A DNA stretch of 61,941 bases, filler included, from Eubacteriales bacterium (GTDB lineage Bacteria; Bacillota; Clostridia; Oscillospirales; CAG-382), in the NCBI GenBank assembly GCA_045636665.1. It is 6 parts of 6 records of this genome, joined end to end, with 100 filler letters (N's around TTAATTAATTAA, not from the genome) between each part and the next. Parts side by side here need not be neighbours in the genome. Positions count along the whole stretch, not along the records: positions 44,758 to 58,606 come from JAZTXY010000132.1; positions 58,707 to 61,941 come from JAZTXY010000137.1; 4 more parts are not named here. One strand, given 5' to 3'. Below are positions 50,201-59,814 of this stretch, one piece after another. Each line of letters starts with the position of its first letter. The stretch's first letter is position 1. A program made the translations under genes and the position numbers. A model generated the notes under the pieces. The model saw only the letters and a program-made list of their open reading frames with translations. It made no database searches and had not been told where the DNA came from.

Positions 50201-50677
50201 GTCAGTTCGTTCAAAGTCGTTACAAAGATTTTCATATCCTTCAACGGTGACAAGTTGTCCAACGTTTAACCGAACACCCTCCAACATATCGGTCGGAATC
50301 GAAAGAGCGAAGCCGTTAAAAGGAATTGCCCCGCTTTTTGTATCTTCGGTTCTACCTACAACATCAAACTCATAACCGTCATCGGTCAAAGCGGCGCGAA
50401 CGGAAACGATGGTTCTTGCTTGCGTTTCCACTCCGACAACCGGTGTAGGCTTCCCTTCCAAGCGATAATCTTTTGTGTATACAACTATTTCATTTTCAAT
50501 TGCAGCACTGTTAATTTTATCAATTTCAAATATCTTCGTACCGATTTTTACTGTAAAATCATAATCAGACGAAGGCACGTCGGAGGACGCACTTTCGTCT
50601 GCATTATTACTTTCACACGCAACCAAATTCACAAAGATAAAAAGAAATGCAAGAAACATGCAAACAAATCTTTTCAT
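47276..50677 (-). CDS. Large lipoprotein with four repeated beta modules and a glycosyl-hydrolase-like 10 (DUF187) domain
   Basis: LVAC lipobox; IP.NGF.LS repeats; RAVW, GIEVHAW, YKLDGLHLDYVR. Confidence 0.8.
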   Translation of the reverse strand: MKRFVCMFLAFLFIFVNLVACESNNADESASSDVPSSDYDFTVKIGTKIFEIDKINSAAIENEIVVYTKDYRLEGKPTPVVGVETQARTIVSVRAALTDDGYEFDVVGRTEDTKSGAIPFNGFALSIPTDMLEGVRLNVGQLVTVEGYENLCNDFERTDLATISPDYLMSTATRRVGLVDPAYGFTDDKIYYITNNFRGEDIAVDNITITAKLLTNYSCEILSIEKKDRIEAAKKGEAVFVFTGEYNISFAEYYFKKAEMITISNLDKCNSYSDNPAIVLKNGAVELNKENLNASEIKNDGIYVFDSEYSSSVTPKIDSKRIDVVIVNDYVVSIANENERSLIPEGNGFVITLVGDKAAANIGEFEIGKTINTCYIDYFSIPEKYVEINGKYFGFDFQNGVRAPEGVSVIYTPEYGKTTGSNIYGSEIVVVDGKVSSINIGKGDSQIPQNGFVLSIHKDSEYYKTVKNVKVGDSATIGYAGGVYDIKVLKINGINSVRNENTLILYKDKPSTQTNPYGYEIAIDENGIAVLDGYSGNMAIPKDGFVLSGHGVNKTALEEAFVIGQDVVFDAKNNTVALIKTPKQRLENAKHDFALVSDKLDSAKKVFLNLDYNGISEQFALMDNVIDEAEAAFDSYDFETALAKAESVISTCEKLQYSFYESNGVENRAVWYRSTEKSDDEVRATVQKLKELNINSLYLETWYEGYCIGSKVDVEGIAKHPNNGTYDALEGFIRIGHEYGIEVHAWVHNFFVGYFYKDGNHYYNPTFDEYKDKYLIDIKGREHFYYTANNNYFVFLNPYDRECRDLILNIYEQLITNYKLDGLHLDYVRMPELNYGTDDFGYNQDIIDAFAKETGITKAPSTFIKNSAEHQKWVEFRCNIITGFVGEVYDMVRKNNPELWLSAATYPDLNMAKNDIFQDVRSIINKGYLDEVFSMSYGVDNTSVTPSVKSYNSITEDKVFYSAGIAAFLETTDKNFASQLDEVVNKGADGVSIFSLSSITPGSYYKPITEGAFRAPAVQINKLSLTASAQMEYIKAKADNLSPFYQTLNAEDIDYIKSQCDDIIKFSNDFDVDNSTVSQKIDWCNKAMTKLASAKTNVLSKCGENNETDSIISEFEVLEYWLKISALRLNTRK

Positions 50678-51933
50678 TCGTAATCAACCTTTTTGCGTTT
50701 GTATAATTTAATTTTGTTAGCAATATAGAGCGCTAAAATAATGGAAATTACAACGGCGCAAATAATATATACCGTGTAATTACTGCTTTCCTCGGTTATG
50801 GTGGCGCCAAGAGCAGTCCATTTATCAGCCATATATCCTTTTGTTTCCTCGGGGAGATTTACAAAAGAATCGGTAAATACCTTTTCGGAGGATTCATAAA
50901 GAATCTTATATGCATCGGGATGCAATTCTTCCAAGAAAGCTATGTAATCCTCATTTTCAACAACGGCTGTATTGGGAGAAGCATAATACATATATTCCGC
51001 ATTTGCTTGTGCAATCGCAGGATCCATAAGGAAATTAATGTAAAGCTCAGCCGCTTCCTTGTTCTTCGAATTCTTCAAAATACAAGCAGCATCAATGAAA
51101 ACGTTTGTGCCTTCTTTAGGATAGTAGAAAGCAAGATCTTCATTGTTACCATACATCGTGAAAAAGTCACCTGCATAATAGGGAGCAACGTACGCTTCGC
51201 CGCTTTCCATCTTATTAAAGACTTCATCCATTACGTAGCTTTGAAGAATCTCTTTTTGTTCCGCAAGAAGCTCATACGCTTGATCCCAAACCGCTTTATC
51301 GGTGCTGTTGATATCGAGCTTACTGTAAAACTGCGCCGTAGCAAAAGCATCACGCGAATTATTAAAGTTAAGTATTTTACCCTTATAATTCTCATCCCAC
51401 ATCAAAGACCAGCTGTCGGGTTCGCCTTCTATTGCTTGAGAATTATAAATTACGCCAACCATACCAACGTTATAAGGAACGCTGAATTTGTTTTGGGGGT
51501 CATACTTGGTGTTTCTATATTTTTCGTCTATATATTCATAATTGGGAATGTTGTCAAAATTCAATTCTGCCAACATATCCTCCTCGATAAGACGGCCGAT
51601 CATATAATCGGAAGGAATGATTACGTCATAATCAACGCCACCGCCCGAAAGCTTCGCATAAAGACTTTCATTGGAATCATAATTATCATAAACGACTTTA
51701 ATTCCGGTAAGCTTTTCAAACTCCTCGTTGACATCTATCGAGCCGTCGGACCCGTCGGAAATATAATAACCCCAATTATAAACACTGAGTTCAACACCTT
51801 CAAATCTTGAATAATCAATATTCAAGGTGTTTTCGTCATATTCAATTTCAATATATTCATACGCTTCGGCGCATCCCGAAAACGATGCTAAAGCAAGAAG
51901 CGCAATAAATACAAAGGAAAAAAATCTTTTCAA
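50674..51933 (-). CDS. potD: Spermidine/putrescine-binding protein
   Basis: VYNWGYYI, YDSNESLYAKL, PSDYMI, YYPKEG; extra C-terminal TM helix. Confidence 0.92.
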   Translation of the reverse strand: MKRFFSFVFIALLALASFSGCAEAYEYIEIEYDENTLNIDYSRFEGVELSVYNWGYYISDGSDGSIDVNEEFEKLTGIKVVYDNYDSNESLYAKLSGGGVDYDVIIPSDYMIGRLIEEDMLAELNFDNIPNYEYIDEKYRNTKYDPQNKFSVPYNVGMVGVIYNSQAIEGEPDSWSLMWDENYKGKILNFNNSRDAFATAQFYSKLDINSTDKAVWDQAYELLAEQKEILQSYVMDEVFNKMESGEAYVAPYYAGDFFTMYGNNEDLAFYYPKEGTNVFIDAACILKNSKNKEAAELYINFLMDPAIAQANAEYMYYASPNTAVVENEDYIAFLEELHPDAYKILYESSEKVFTDSFVNLPEETKGYMADKWTALGATITEESSNYTVYIICAVVISIILALYIANKIKLYKRKKVDYE

Positions 51934-51950
51934 TTCTTAATCCCCTCAAA

Positions 51951-52754
51951 TTATTTTTGTTTAGGATGGGCATTTTTATCTTTGCCAACGAAATTAATAA
52001 GCACAAGCATCACTAAAACCGCAACAATGATAACTGTATTTGCGGCATATAAAGTAGGACGCACGCCTTTTTTTACAGCAGAATAGATGTAAATCGGCAG
52101 AGTTTCAAATCCCGTACCCTTTACAAAATAGCTTATAACAAAGTCATCCAAAGATAATGTAAATGCCATAAGCATACCGGATATTACACCGGGCAATATA
52201 CACGGAAGCTCAACCTTGAAAAAGGACATCAAAGGAGTACATCCGAGGTCCATTGCGGCTTCGGGTAAATGCCTATCCATTTGCTTGATCTTGGGCAATA
52301 TCGAAAGAATAACGTAAGGCAAGCTAAACGTAATATGAGCAATTAGCATTGTCCAGAAATTAAGCGACGATTGCATACCGATAAGAGTGCCGGTGAATAC
52401 GAACAAAAGCATCATCGATACGCCGGTAACAATGTCGGGATTCATCATAGGAATATTGGTTACCGAAAGCAGACTTTTTCTTAAATATCTGCTTCGCATA
52501 CGACTGATTCCCACAGCGGCAGCGGTACCGAGAACACCCGAGATCGCAGCAGTTGTAACGGCGAGGATCAGAGTGTTTTTAAACGCATCGATAACCTTAG
52601 AGTTATTAAACGCTTCTTGATAAAATCTGAACGAAAAACCTGTAAACTCACTCAAGCTGTTACTTGAGTTAAATGAAAATACGATCATCACGATTACAGG
52701 CGCATACAAAAGCAAAAAGATGATAATTGTGTAGATTTTAGACAAGGTCTTCAA
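51951..52754 (-). CDS. potC: Polyamine ABC permease
   Basis: LYAP...SFN, EAAMDLG, FTLSLDDF. Confidence 0.92.
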   Translation of the reverse strand: MKTLSKIYTIIIFLLLYAPVIVMIVFSFNSSNSLSEFTGFSFRFYQEAFNNSKVIDAFKNTLILAVTTAAISGVLGTAAAVGISRMRSRYLRKSLLSVTNIPMMNPDIVTGVSMMLLFVFTGTLIGMQSSLNFWTMLIAHITFSLPYVILSILPKIKQMDRHLPEAAMDLGCTPLMSFFKVELPCILPGVISGMLMAFTLSLDDFVISYFVKGTGFETLPIYIYSAVKKGVRPTLYAANTVIIVAVLVMLVLINFVGKDKNAHPKQK

Positions 52755-53584
52755 AGAATCATACCTCCGTCTTCTTCATCATCGGAAAACTTATTGATAA
52801 CCGCAATCGAAAGCATAATGATAATCATCAAAATAAACGAAATCGCACTACCAAAATTCCAATTTTCACTATTCAAAAACGAATCCTCAATAACCTCGCC
52901 AATAAGACGGTTATCGGTTCCGCCCAACTTTTTAGAAATGTAGAATGTACTGATTGCGGGAACGAATACCATGGTTATTCCCGAAACGATACCGCTCTTG
53001 GAAAGCGGCAAAATAACCTTCATAATAACTTGGAATTTATTACAACCAAGGTCTTGTGAAGCCTCAATAACGTTCTTATCAAGCTTAGAGATAACGGTAT
53101 AAATAGGCAACACCATAAAGGGCAAATAGTTATAAACCATACCCAAAATAACCGCAAACGGTGTATTGATCATATGAATCGGGTCGTCCAAAAGACCGAG
53201 CGCAGTGTTAATAACGCCCGTATCCTCAATAAGATTACCCAAAGAGTAGGTTCTGATAACGAGGTTAGTCCACATAGGCAACATAATAAGCATAATTGCC
53301 AGCTTTTGCGTTCTGGGTTTTGATTGCGAAACGAAATAAGCCAAAGGAAATGCAATCAAAAGACAGATCACGGTAGCAAGAAATGCATAAGCAACCGAAC
53401 GCGAAAATATTGATAAATATTCCTTTTCGGCTAACTTTTCTATGTTCTGAAACGTGAATGAGCCCGTACCGTCTGTAAACGTATAATAAACTACCATAAC
53501 CAAAGGTATTACGATAAACAGCACCGACCAGACGGTATAGGGTGCCGCCACAAACCTTTGAAGTAGCGATGAGCGTCTATTCAT
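52751..53584 (-). CDS. potB: Polyamine ABC permease
   Basis: [30 protein letters not shown]. Confidence 0.92.
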   Translation of the reverse strand: MNRRSSLLQRFVAAPYTVWSVLFIVIPLVMVVYYTFTDGTGSFTFQNIEKLAEKEYLSIFSRSVAYAFLATVICLLIAFPLAYFVSQSKPRTQKLAIMLIMLPMWTNLVIRTYSLGNLIEDTGVINTALGLLDDPIHMINTPFAVILGMVYNYLPFMVLPIYTVISKLDKNVIEASQDLGCNKFQVIMKVILPLSKSGIVSGITMVFVPAISTFYISKKLGGTDNRLIGEVIEDSFLNSENWNFGSAISFILMIIIMLSIAVINKFSDDEEDGGMIL

Positions 53585-54710
53585 TTTCTTCCTCTATGTT
53601 TTCGGAGAGTTTATCCAATTCATCACTGTACGAGCTATAATCGCCGAATACACCCGAATACTCACTTTTCTTCATAATGTGAATTGCATCAGGTTCAATA
53701 TAAAGACCGATATTAGCTCCGACAGGTTCATAATCGGTTGTTTGAATCATCCATTTAAAGCCATTTATATCAACGATGATTTCAAAATGAACGCCTTTGA
53801 AGGTTACACTGGTAACCTCGCCGGAAAGCATTCCCTTTTCAACAGGCACAACGTCAACGTCTTCGGGTCTGATAACAACGTCGACAGGTTCATTTTTACC
53901 AAAGCCTTTATCCAAGCAATCAAAGGTTTTACCTGCGAAAGATGCCTTAAAGTCTTCAAGCATAACACCGTCAATAATGTTACTTTCGCCAATGAAATCG
54001 GCAACGAAAGCATTTTCGGGTTCGTTATAAATATCAAGCGGCGAACCGATTTGCTGAATTTTACCGTTATCCATTACAACAACTACATCGGACATCGAAA
54101 GAGCTTCCTCTTGGTCGTGAGTAACGTAAACAAACGTAATGCCAAGACGTTGCTGAATATTTTTAAGCTCAACCTGCATATCCTTGCGGAGCTTAAGGTC
54201 AAGTGCGCCGAGCGGTTCATCCAACAAAAGAACGCGGGGTTTTACCGCCAAAGCGCGCGCAATAGAAACTCGTTGCTGCTGACCGCCGCTTAACGAGTTG
54301 ATATTACGTTTACCGAAACCTTTAAGATTAACGAGTTCAAGCATCTCATTAACTGTATTTTTAATTTCTGTTTCATCTTTTTTCTGCACACGAAGACCAA
54401 ACGCTACGTTCTCAAACACGTTAAGATGAGGAAATAGCGCATATTTTTGGAAAATAGTATTAATCTGACGTTGATAAGGAGGAACGTCATTAATTTTTTT
54501 ACCTTCAAACAAGACTTCGCCGCTATCCGGCTTTACAAAACCGCCCAAAATTCTCAACGTGGTGGTTTTGCCGCAACCCGAAGGACCCAAAAGAGTAACA
54601 AACTCTTTTTCATTGATATCCAGACTCAAATTGTCAAGTATTTGTTCATCGTCAAACTTAACAGAAATGTTATTGAGACGCACCAATGCGCCGTGTTCAA
54701 GTTCGTTCAA
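53577..54710 (-). CDS. potA: Polyamine ABC ATPase
   Basis: [30 protein letters not shown] start inferred from the RBS. Confidence 0.93.
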   Translation of the reverse strand: MNELEHGALVRLNNISVKFDDEQILDNLSLDINEKEFVTLLGPSGCGKTTTLRILGGFVKPDSGEVLFEGKKINDVPPYQRQINTIFQKYALFPHLNVFENVAFGLRVQKKDETEIKNTVNEMLELVNLKGFGKRNINSLSGGQQQRVSIARALAVKPRVLLLDEPLGALDLKLRKDMQVELKNIQQRLGITFVYVTHDQEEALSMSDVVVVMDNGKIQQIGSPLDIYNEPENAFVADFIGESNIIDGVMLEDFKASFAGKTFDCLDKGFGKNEPVDVVIRPEDVDVVPVEKGMLSGEVTSVTFKGVHFEIIVDINGFKWMIQTTDYEPVGANIGLYIEPDAIHIMKKSEYSGVFGDYSSYSDELDKLSENIEEENE

Positions 54711-54841
54711 TTCTCTTTTTCTCCGACATATAATATAGTCATATATTATTTGCATAATACATATTATTAATAATACAAATTATTTACACTTTTGTCAATA
54801 CTTTACCATAATATTTCTCTAAATGAAAGAAATCGACAAAC

Positions 54842-55561
54842 ATGAAAAATGACATTAATTTCCTAACGCTGTTTTTCAAAGGAATTTTAATCGGAATCGG
54901 TGCAATTATACCGGGTTTAAGCGGTGGCACGATGGCTGTTGCAACCAAAACCTTTGAAATAATCGTCGAGTCTGTTGCAAACGTTTTTCATCATTTCAAA
55001 AGATCTTTTTACGTGCTCGCGCCAATAGCAACGGGAGCGCTGTTTTCAATAATAACTTTAGCAAAACCTCTAAGCTGTTTCGGAACGGAATTCCCTTTAA
55101 TTTCAAAAGTATTTTATTTAACAATTGCATTATTGAGCATTATATTCTTTGCAAAAAACAACATCCAACCCAAGATTAACATTGCAAAAACGTCTGCGAT
55201 AATTTTGGGGATAATCCTTTCTTTTTCGATTTCATATTTTACACAATATTTTAAACTTTTCGACGGTCAAATCAACTACATTTTTTTATTACTTATTGGC
55301 TTTCCGCTTGCCATTTCGCTTGTTTTACCCGGAATAAGCTTTTCTTATATGTTGCTGTTTTTCGGGATTTACGAAAGGACATTATCGGCAATAGATAACT
55401 TCGATTTATATTTTTTAATCGTTCTGTTTTCGAGCGTATTAATCGGCACGTTTGTATTTTCAAAATGCTTGTTAAAGCTTATCGAAAAGCATAAACAGGA
55501 AACCTATTCATTTGTATTGGGATTTGTATTAATTTCCATTATAGATATCTTTATATCATAG
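54842..55561 (+). CDS. DUF368 family membrane protein
   Basis: IIPGLSGGTMA and LPGISFS repeats; multiple TM. Confidence 0.85.
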   Translation: MKNDINFLTLFFKGILIGIGAIIPGLSGGTMAVATKTFEIIVESVANVFHHFKRSFYVLAPIATGALFSIITLAKPLSCFGTEFPLISKVFYLTIALLSIIFFAKNNIQPKINIAKTSAIILGIILSFSISYFTQYFKLFDGQINYIFLLLIGFPLAISLVLPGISFSYMLLFFGIYERTLSAIDNFDLYFLIVLFSSVLIGTFVFSKCLLKLIEKHKQETYSFVLGFVLISIIDIFIS

Positions 55562-55646
55562 AATTTGTTAACACTTTATTAACAAACTCGGCTGCAAAAT
55601 ATGATATGATAAACGAGATATTTATAATTTCTTTTAGGAGATAAAT

Positions 55647-56696
55647 ATGATTACGAAAAATTTGGCAAAAGCTGTCGAAGATATCGGCTTCACTTATGTA
55701 GAAGGCACAAGCTCCGACAAAAGCCACGCATATGCAGTATATGGTGATTATCTTGTAACTGTTTATGAAGAATCGGCTAAAAAAATTGCATATTTTAACT
55801 TCCGCTTTTCCGACAGCGAAGAAAACGACTTGAAAAAATACGATATGTCGGAAAGTTTTTCTGCCGATTTAGAGGAATACTCGGTCAGTGATTATTCTAT
55901 CGATGAAGACGGTATGAGAGTTATCTGCAACGGTAACGTTCCCGTATTTTTAAAGCTGATCGACAGATGCATTTCCCTTCTTAAAGAAAACGATATCAGA
56001 GGCGTTGAATATTGCTCGAAATGCGGAAATAAATTCGGTTCGAGAAAACCAAAAAAGGTTACCGATGGCAAAGAAAATCACTTAATGTGCGAACACTGTG
56101 CTTTGGAAACCGTTGAAGAGGTAGCTAACCGCATTAACGAAAATGAAGAAGAAGCAAAGAGCGGCTCTACAGGTAAAGCTATTTTATTCTCTACCCTTTT
56201 CGCACTTGGCGGAGCTTTGCTCTATTTTGTACTTTATTTCTGGCTTTCCCCTGCTATGAACGAAAGCGGTCTTAATGAAATTCGTTATATTTTCTGCGTT
56301 GCAGGCTTCATTACCTCGATGCTTGCTTATTTCGGCTATGTTATTTTCCGTAAAAAAGCCTCTGTTTGCGCTTATGTAACCGTGACCGTTAACGCATTGT
56401 TGTTCTCGGCAATCGGTCAGTATATTGGTATTGTGTTTGAATTTATTGCAAAAGAAGGATTTTCTCTTTCCGCTTTATCAAACAAACATTTTTGGCTCGT
56501 CCATCTCCGTAACACAATCCCCGCCGATCTCGCCGATAAATTCGCCGATTCTAATTATTCGGGAATCTTTTGGAAAATGCTTGTCATCAGCTTGTGTTTT
56601 GCAGCAGTCGGATCTGCCATTTTCCTCCTTTCGCTTCGCGATAAAACCGAAAAGAAGCCCGAAACCGTTGAAATCGAAACTATTACGATTAAATAG
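55647..56696 (+). CDS. Hypothetical membrane protein with a Cys4 motif
   Basis: CSKC...CEHC followed by four TM helices; AGGAG RBS. Confidence 0.75.
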   Translation: MITKNLAKAVEDIGFTYVEGTSSDKSHAYAVYGDYLVTVYEESAKKIAYFNFRFSDSEENDLKKYDMSESFSADLEEYSVSDYSIDEDGMRVICNGNVPVFLKLIDRCISLLKENDIRGVEYCSKCGNKFGSRKPKKVTDGKENHLMCEHCALETVEEVANRINENEEEAKSGSTGKAILFSTLFALGGALLYFVLYFWLSPAMNESGLNEIRYIFCVAGFITSMLAYFGYVIFRKKASVCAYVTVTVNALLFSAIGQYIGIVFEFIAKEGFSLSALSNKHFWLVHLRNTIPADLADKFADSNYSGIFWKMLVISLCFAAVGSAIFLLSLRDKTEKKPETVEIETITIK

Positions 56697-56728
56697 TTTA
56701 AGTTTACAAATTTCTACAACCTCATAAA

Positions 56729-56758
56729 GTATTTATGACCTCCGATTTGGGAACACTT
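56729..56758 (+). promoter_or_regulatory. SigF-type promoter of sigG
   Basis: GTATT-15 nt-GGGAACACTT fits the Bacillus sigma-F consensus GYATA-N15-GGNNANANTW. Confidence 0.65.
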
Positions 56759-56784
56759 TCAGTGAAACCAAACGGAGGTCATTT

Positions 56785-57558
56785 ATGTTCAATAAAGTCG
56801 AGATATGCGGTGTTAATACCTCAAAGCTGAGGGTTCTTTCCGAAGAAGAAAAAAGAAAACTTCTTTTCGAAATTAAATCAGGCAACAAAAAAGCGCGCGA
56901 AGAGCTTATAAACGGCAATTTACGATTAGTTTTAAGCGTTATACAAAGCTTTAAAAACCGTAATGAAAACCCCGATGATTTATTTCAGGTTGGTTGCATT
57001 GGACTTATCAAAGCAATCGATAATTTTGATCCAACGCTCGAAGTCAAATTTTCAACTTATGCTGTTCCGATGATAATTGGAGAATTGAGAAGGCATCTTC
57101 GCGATTACAACGCAATAAGAGTGCCGAGGTCGATGCGTGATATCGCTTATCGCGCTTTGAAAGCAAAAGAGCTTTTATCTGCGAAAATGTCAACCGAGCC
57201 AACCGTTGATGATATCGCCAAGGAATTGAATGAAGACACGAAAGTTATATCAAAGGCGCTCGATGCAATTCTCGACCCTATATCTCTTTATGACCCGATT
57301 TATAACGATAACGGTGATACGCTTTATATATTCGATCAAATCAAGGATGAAAACGAAAACGATGAAAGTTGGACAGATAATATTGCAATCAAAAATGCTA
57401 TTTCAAATTTAACGGGGCGCGAAAGACAAATACTTTTAATGCGTTTTTATTCAGGAAAAACACAAACTGAAATTTCCAAAGAAATCGGGATATCACAAGC
57501 ACAAGTAAGCAGACTTGAGAAAAACGCGTTGGACAAAATGAGAAAGCAAATGAGTTAA
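56785..57558 (+). CDS. sigG: Forespore sporulation sigma factor G
   Basis: NKVEICGVNTSKL N-terminus, GNLRLVLSV, DDLFQVGCIG, FSTYAVPMIIGE, ISQAQVSRLEK. Confidence 0.93.
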   Translation: MFNKVEICGVNTSKLRVLSEEEKRKLLFEIKSGNKKAREELINGNLRLVLSVIQSFKNRNENPDDLFQVGCIGLIKAIDNFDPTLEVKFSTYAVPMIIGELRRHLRDYNAIRVPRSMRDIAYRALKAKELLSAKMSTEPTVDDIAKELNEDTKVISKALDAILDPISLYDPIYNDNGDTLYIFDQIKDENENDESWTDNIAIKNAISNLTGRERQILLMRFYSGKTQTEISKEIGISQAQVSRLEKNALDKMRKQMS

Positions 57559-57560
57559 AA

Positions 57561-57585
57561 AAGGCCGCGTTAATTACGCGGCCTT
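57561..57585. terminator. Terminator between convergent genes
   Basis: AAGGCCGCGT-taatt-ACGCGGCCTT. Confidence 0.75.
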
Positions 57586-57592
57586 CAAAATG

Positions 57593-58267
57593 TTATTTAG
57601 CTTTAGGATATTCGTTGCAAAGAAGATAAATAGGTTCTTCATCCTCTTCGATAGTCGGGAAACGTCCCTGCGTTTCGTAAAAACGGTTATCGGTATTGTC
57701 ATCATTTACCATGGAAACTTCACCGATAAGCACCTTTCCAAAGCCCTTTTCTGCCCAAAAGGCGTGATACTGTCTCTGAGGAAGCGTAATGCTTTCACCG
57801 GGTGTCAAACGAATCTTTGTACCGGCAGGAACTATTTCGGTATGTCCGTCGATATAGACGGTAACGTCGGTATCTGCAAGCTTATCGTCTTCAGTCGAAT
57901 TATAAACCTCTACAATAAGATTACCGCCGCCGCGGTTAATAATATCTTCCATCTTATTGTGGTGGAAATGCATGGGTGAATATTGATCTTCATCTGAAAT
58001 CAAAAGCTTTTCGGCATAATTTTTCCAAGGCTTGTTTAAATTGCCGTTGCGGATTGTAAACAAAAACAAACCGATGTTTTTGAAATCGCCGTGGCCGTAA
58101 TCGGTTACGTCCCAACCAAGCATATTTTCGCGAATTTCATCATATTCAGAACCCTTTTCATTCCATTCCTCGGGTGTGAAATATGCAAATTTGGGAAGTT
58201 TAAAGTTCATTTTATCAATGAATTCGATATTTTCAAGCAAAATCTTATTAATTTCAGATCTTTTCAT
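57593..58267 (-). CDS. D-lyxose/D-mannose family sugar isomerase
   Basis: MKRSEIN, LGWDVTDYG, YAEK, PMHFH..KMEDIINRGGG, GEVSMVNDDNTDN. Confidence 0.92.
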   Translation of the reverse strand: MKRSEINKILLENIEFIDKMNFKLPKFAYFTPEEWNEKGSEYDEIRENMLGWDVTDYGHGDFKNIGLFLFTIRNGNLNKPWKNYAEKLLISDEDQYSPMHFHHNKMEDIINRGGGNLIVEVYNSTEDDKLADTDVTVYIDGHTEIVPAGTKIRLTPGESITLPQRQYHAFWAEKGFGKVLIGEVSMVNDDNTDNRFYETQGRFPTIEEDEEPIYLLCNEYPKAK

Positions 58268-58409
58268 ATAAAATCTCCTTATCATCTCTTGAAGAAATTA
58301 TATCAAATTGCTTGTTTGATGTCAACAATATAAATTCATATATTTTTCTTAAAAGATATTCACAAATGGATTAATTTGTGATAAAATACTGCAAAAGGAG
58401 GTTGGAATT

Positions 58410-58606
58410 ATGAAAATGACGTTCAGATGGTACGGAGAGAAGGACTGCATTCCTCTTTCGTACATAAAACAAATTCACGGCATGACGGGTGTTGTAACCG
58501 CTGTATACGACGTTCCTGTCGGTGAAGTTTGGCCCTTGGAATCGCTGCAAAAGCAAAAAGCTCTGTGCGATGAAGCAGGACTCGAAATGGAAGTTATCGA
58601 AAGTAT
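58410..58606 (+). CDS. uxuA: Mannonate dehydratase, 3'-truncated
   Basis: MKMTFRWYG...IKQI.G..GVVTA...GEVWP...VIES. Confidence 0.9.
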
Positions 58607-58706
58607 NNNNNNNNNNNNNNNNNNNNNNNNNNNNNNNNNNNNNNNNNNNNTTAATTAATTAANNNNNNNNNNNNNNNNNNNNNNNNNNNNNNNNNNNNNN
58701 NNNNNN
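58607..58706. other. Artificial contig linker
   Basis: N44-TTAATTAATTAA-N44. Confidence 0.98.
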
Positions 58707-59445
58707 CGTCTTCGGGAATGTGAGCTTCGGTCTTACCAACAAGGTCAGCACCCATGTCAGCAGCCTTGGTATAGATACCGCCGCCGATACGAGCGAACAT
58801 TGCGATGATAGAGCAGCCGAGAGCGTAACCCGAAAGAGTCATGGTGAAGGATGCGCCGAAGTCGAGAGAACCACCGGTGAAGATGGTGAGAAGGCTCTTG
58901 CAGGAATCTGCAAAGGGAGCAACAGAGTAAACTGCCTCACCGTTAACAACGGACATGCTTGCAGCAGCGTCGATCTGGTTCAAACCGATACCGAAAACGA
59001 TAAATACGATGAAAATACCGAGCAAAGCGAAGCCGGAAACGCAAAGACCCATAACCGAACCGCCCTTGAAAGCAACCTTAAGGGTGCTGGAAAGCGATTT
59101 GGTGGTACGTGCAGTGTTGGTAACACGAACGTTTGCGTAGGTTGCGATTTTCATACCGACCCAACCTGCGGAAGCACTCATAACTGCGCCGATGATGAAA
59201 GCAATGCCGGCAGACCAGGAGATGATGAGTGCGAGAACGAGAGCAACGACAGCTGCAACGATAGCAACGATCTTGTACTCGTAAGTGATAAATGCGTTAG
59301 CACCTACACGAATCGCAGAAGCGATTTCCTGCATTCTTTCGGTACCTTCTTCGAGTTTCTTGACCGAGAAAAAGTTGAACGCCGCGTATGCAAGACCGCC
59401 GAGCGCTGCAACGATTACCAAGCCAAGGACGAGAGTAAAGTTCAT
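58707..59445 (-). CDS. hppA: Membrane-bound Na+/H+-translocating pyrophosphatase, 3'-truncated
   Basis: GMKIATYANVR, GGGIYTKAADMGADLVGK.E..IPED signature. Confidence 0.95.
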
Positions 59446-59814
59446 AATCTTGTCCCTTTCTTAAATTTTTAACGGATTCCCGTTTATTTGATTATGATTG
59501 CGCGTTTCTTGGTTCGGTTTTCTCACTTTACGAGCCGATGCCCATACTTCGCACGCTACATATTATATAAATGTGACGCAATAGAGTCAAGCAAGATTTT
59601 ACAAAAAATTCATTTTTGTGTGCTTGACCAAAAATATCGTTTTTTCGATTTATTTTTTGGACAAAATTAAGAATCGGTTAAGAAAAAACGTTTTCGCTTA
59701 AGAAGCGGTAAAGAGAATGCGCTCCTTTTGGTGCAAAAATTCGGGAGAAGATTGACATTTCGTTCGGGGTGTGGTAGAAAGTAAATATAAATAATGAAAC
59801 AAGGAGAAATTGCA

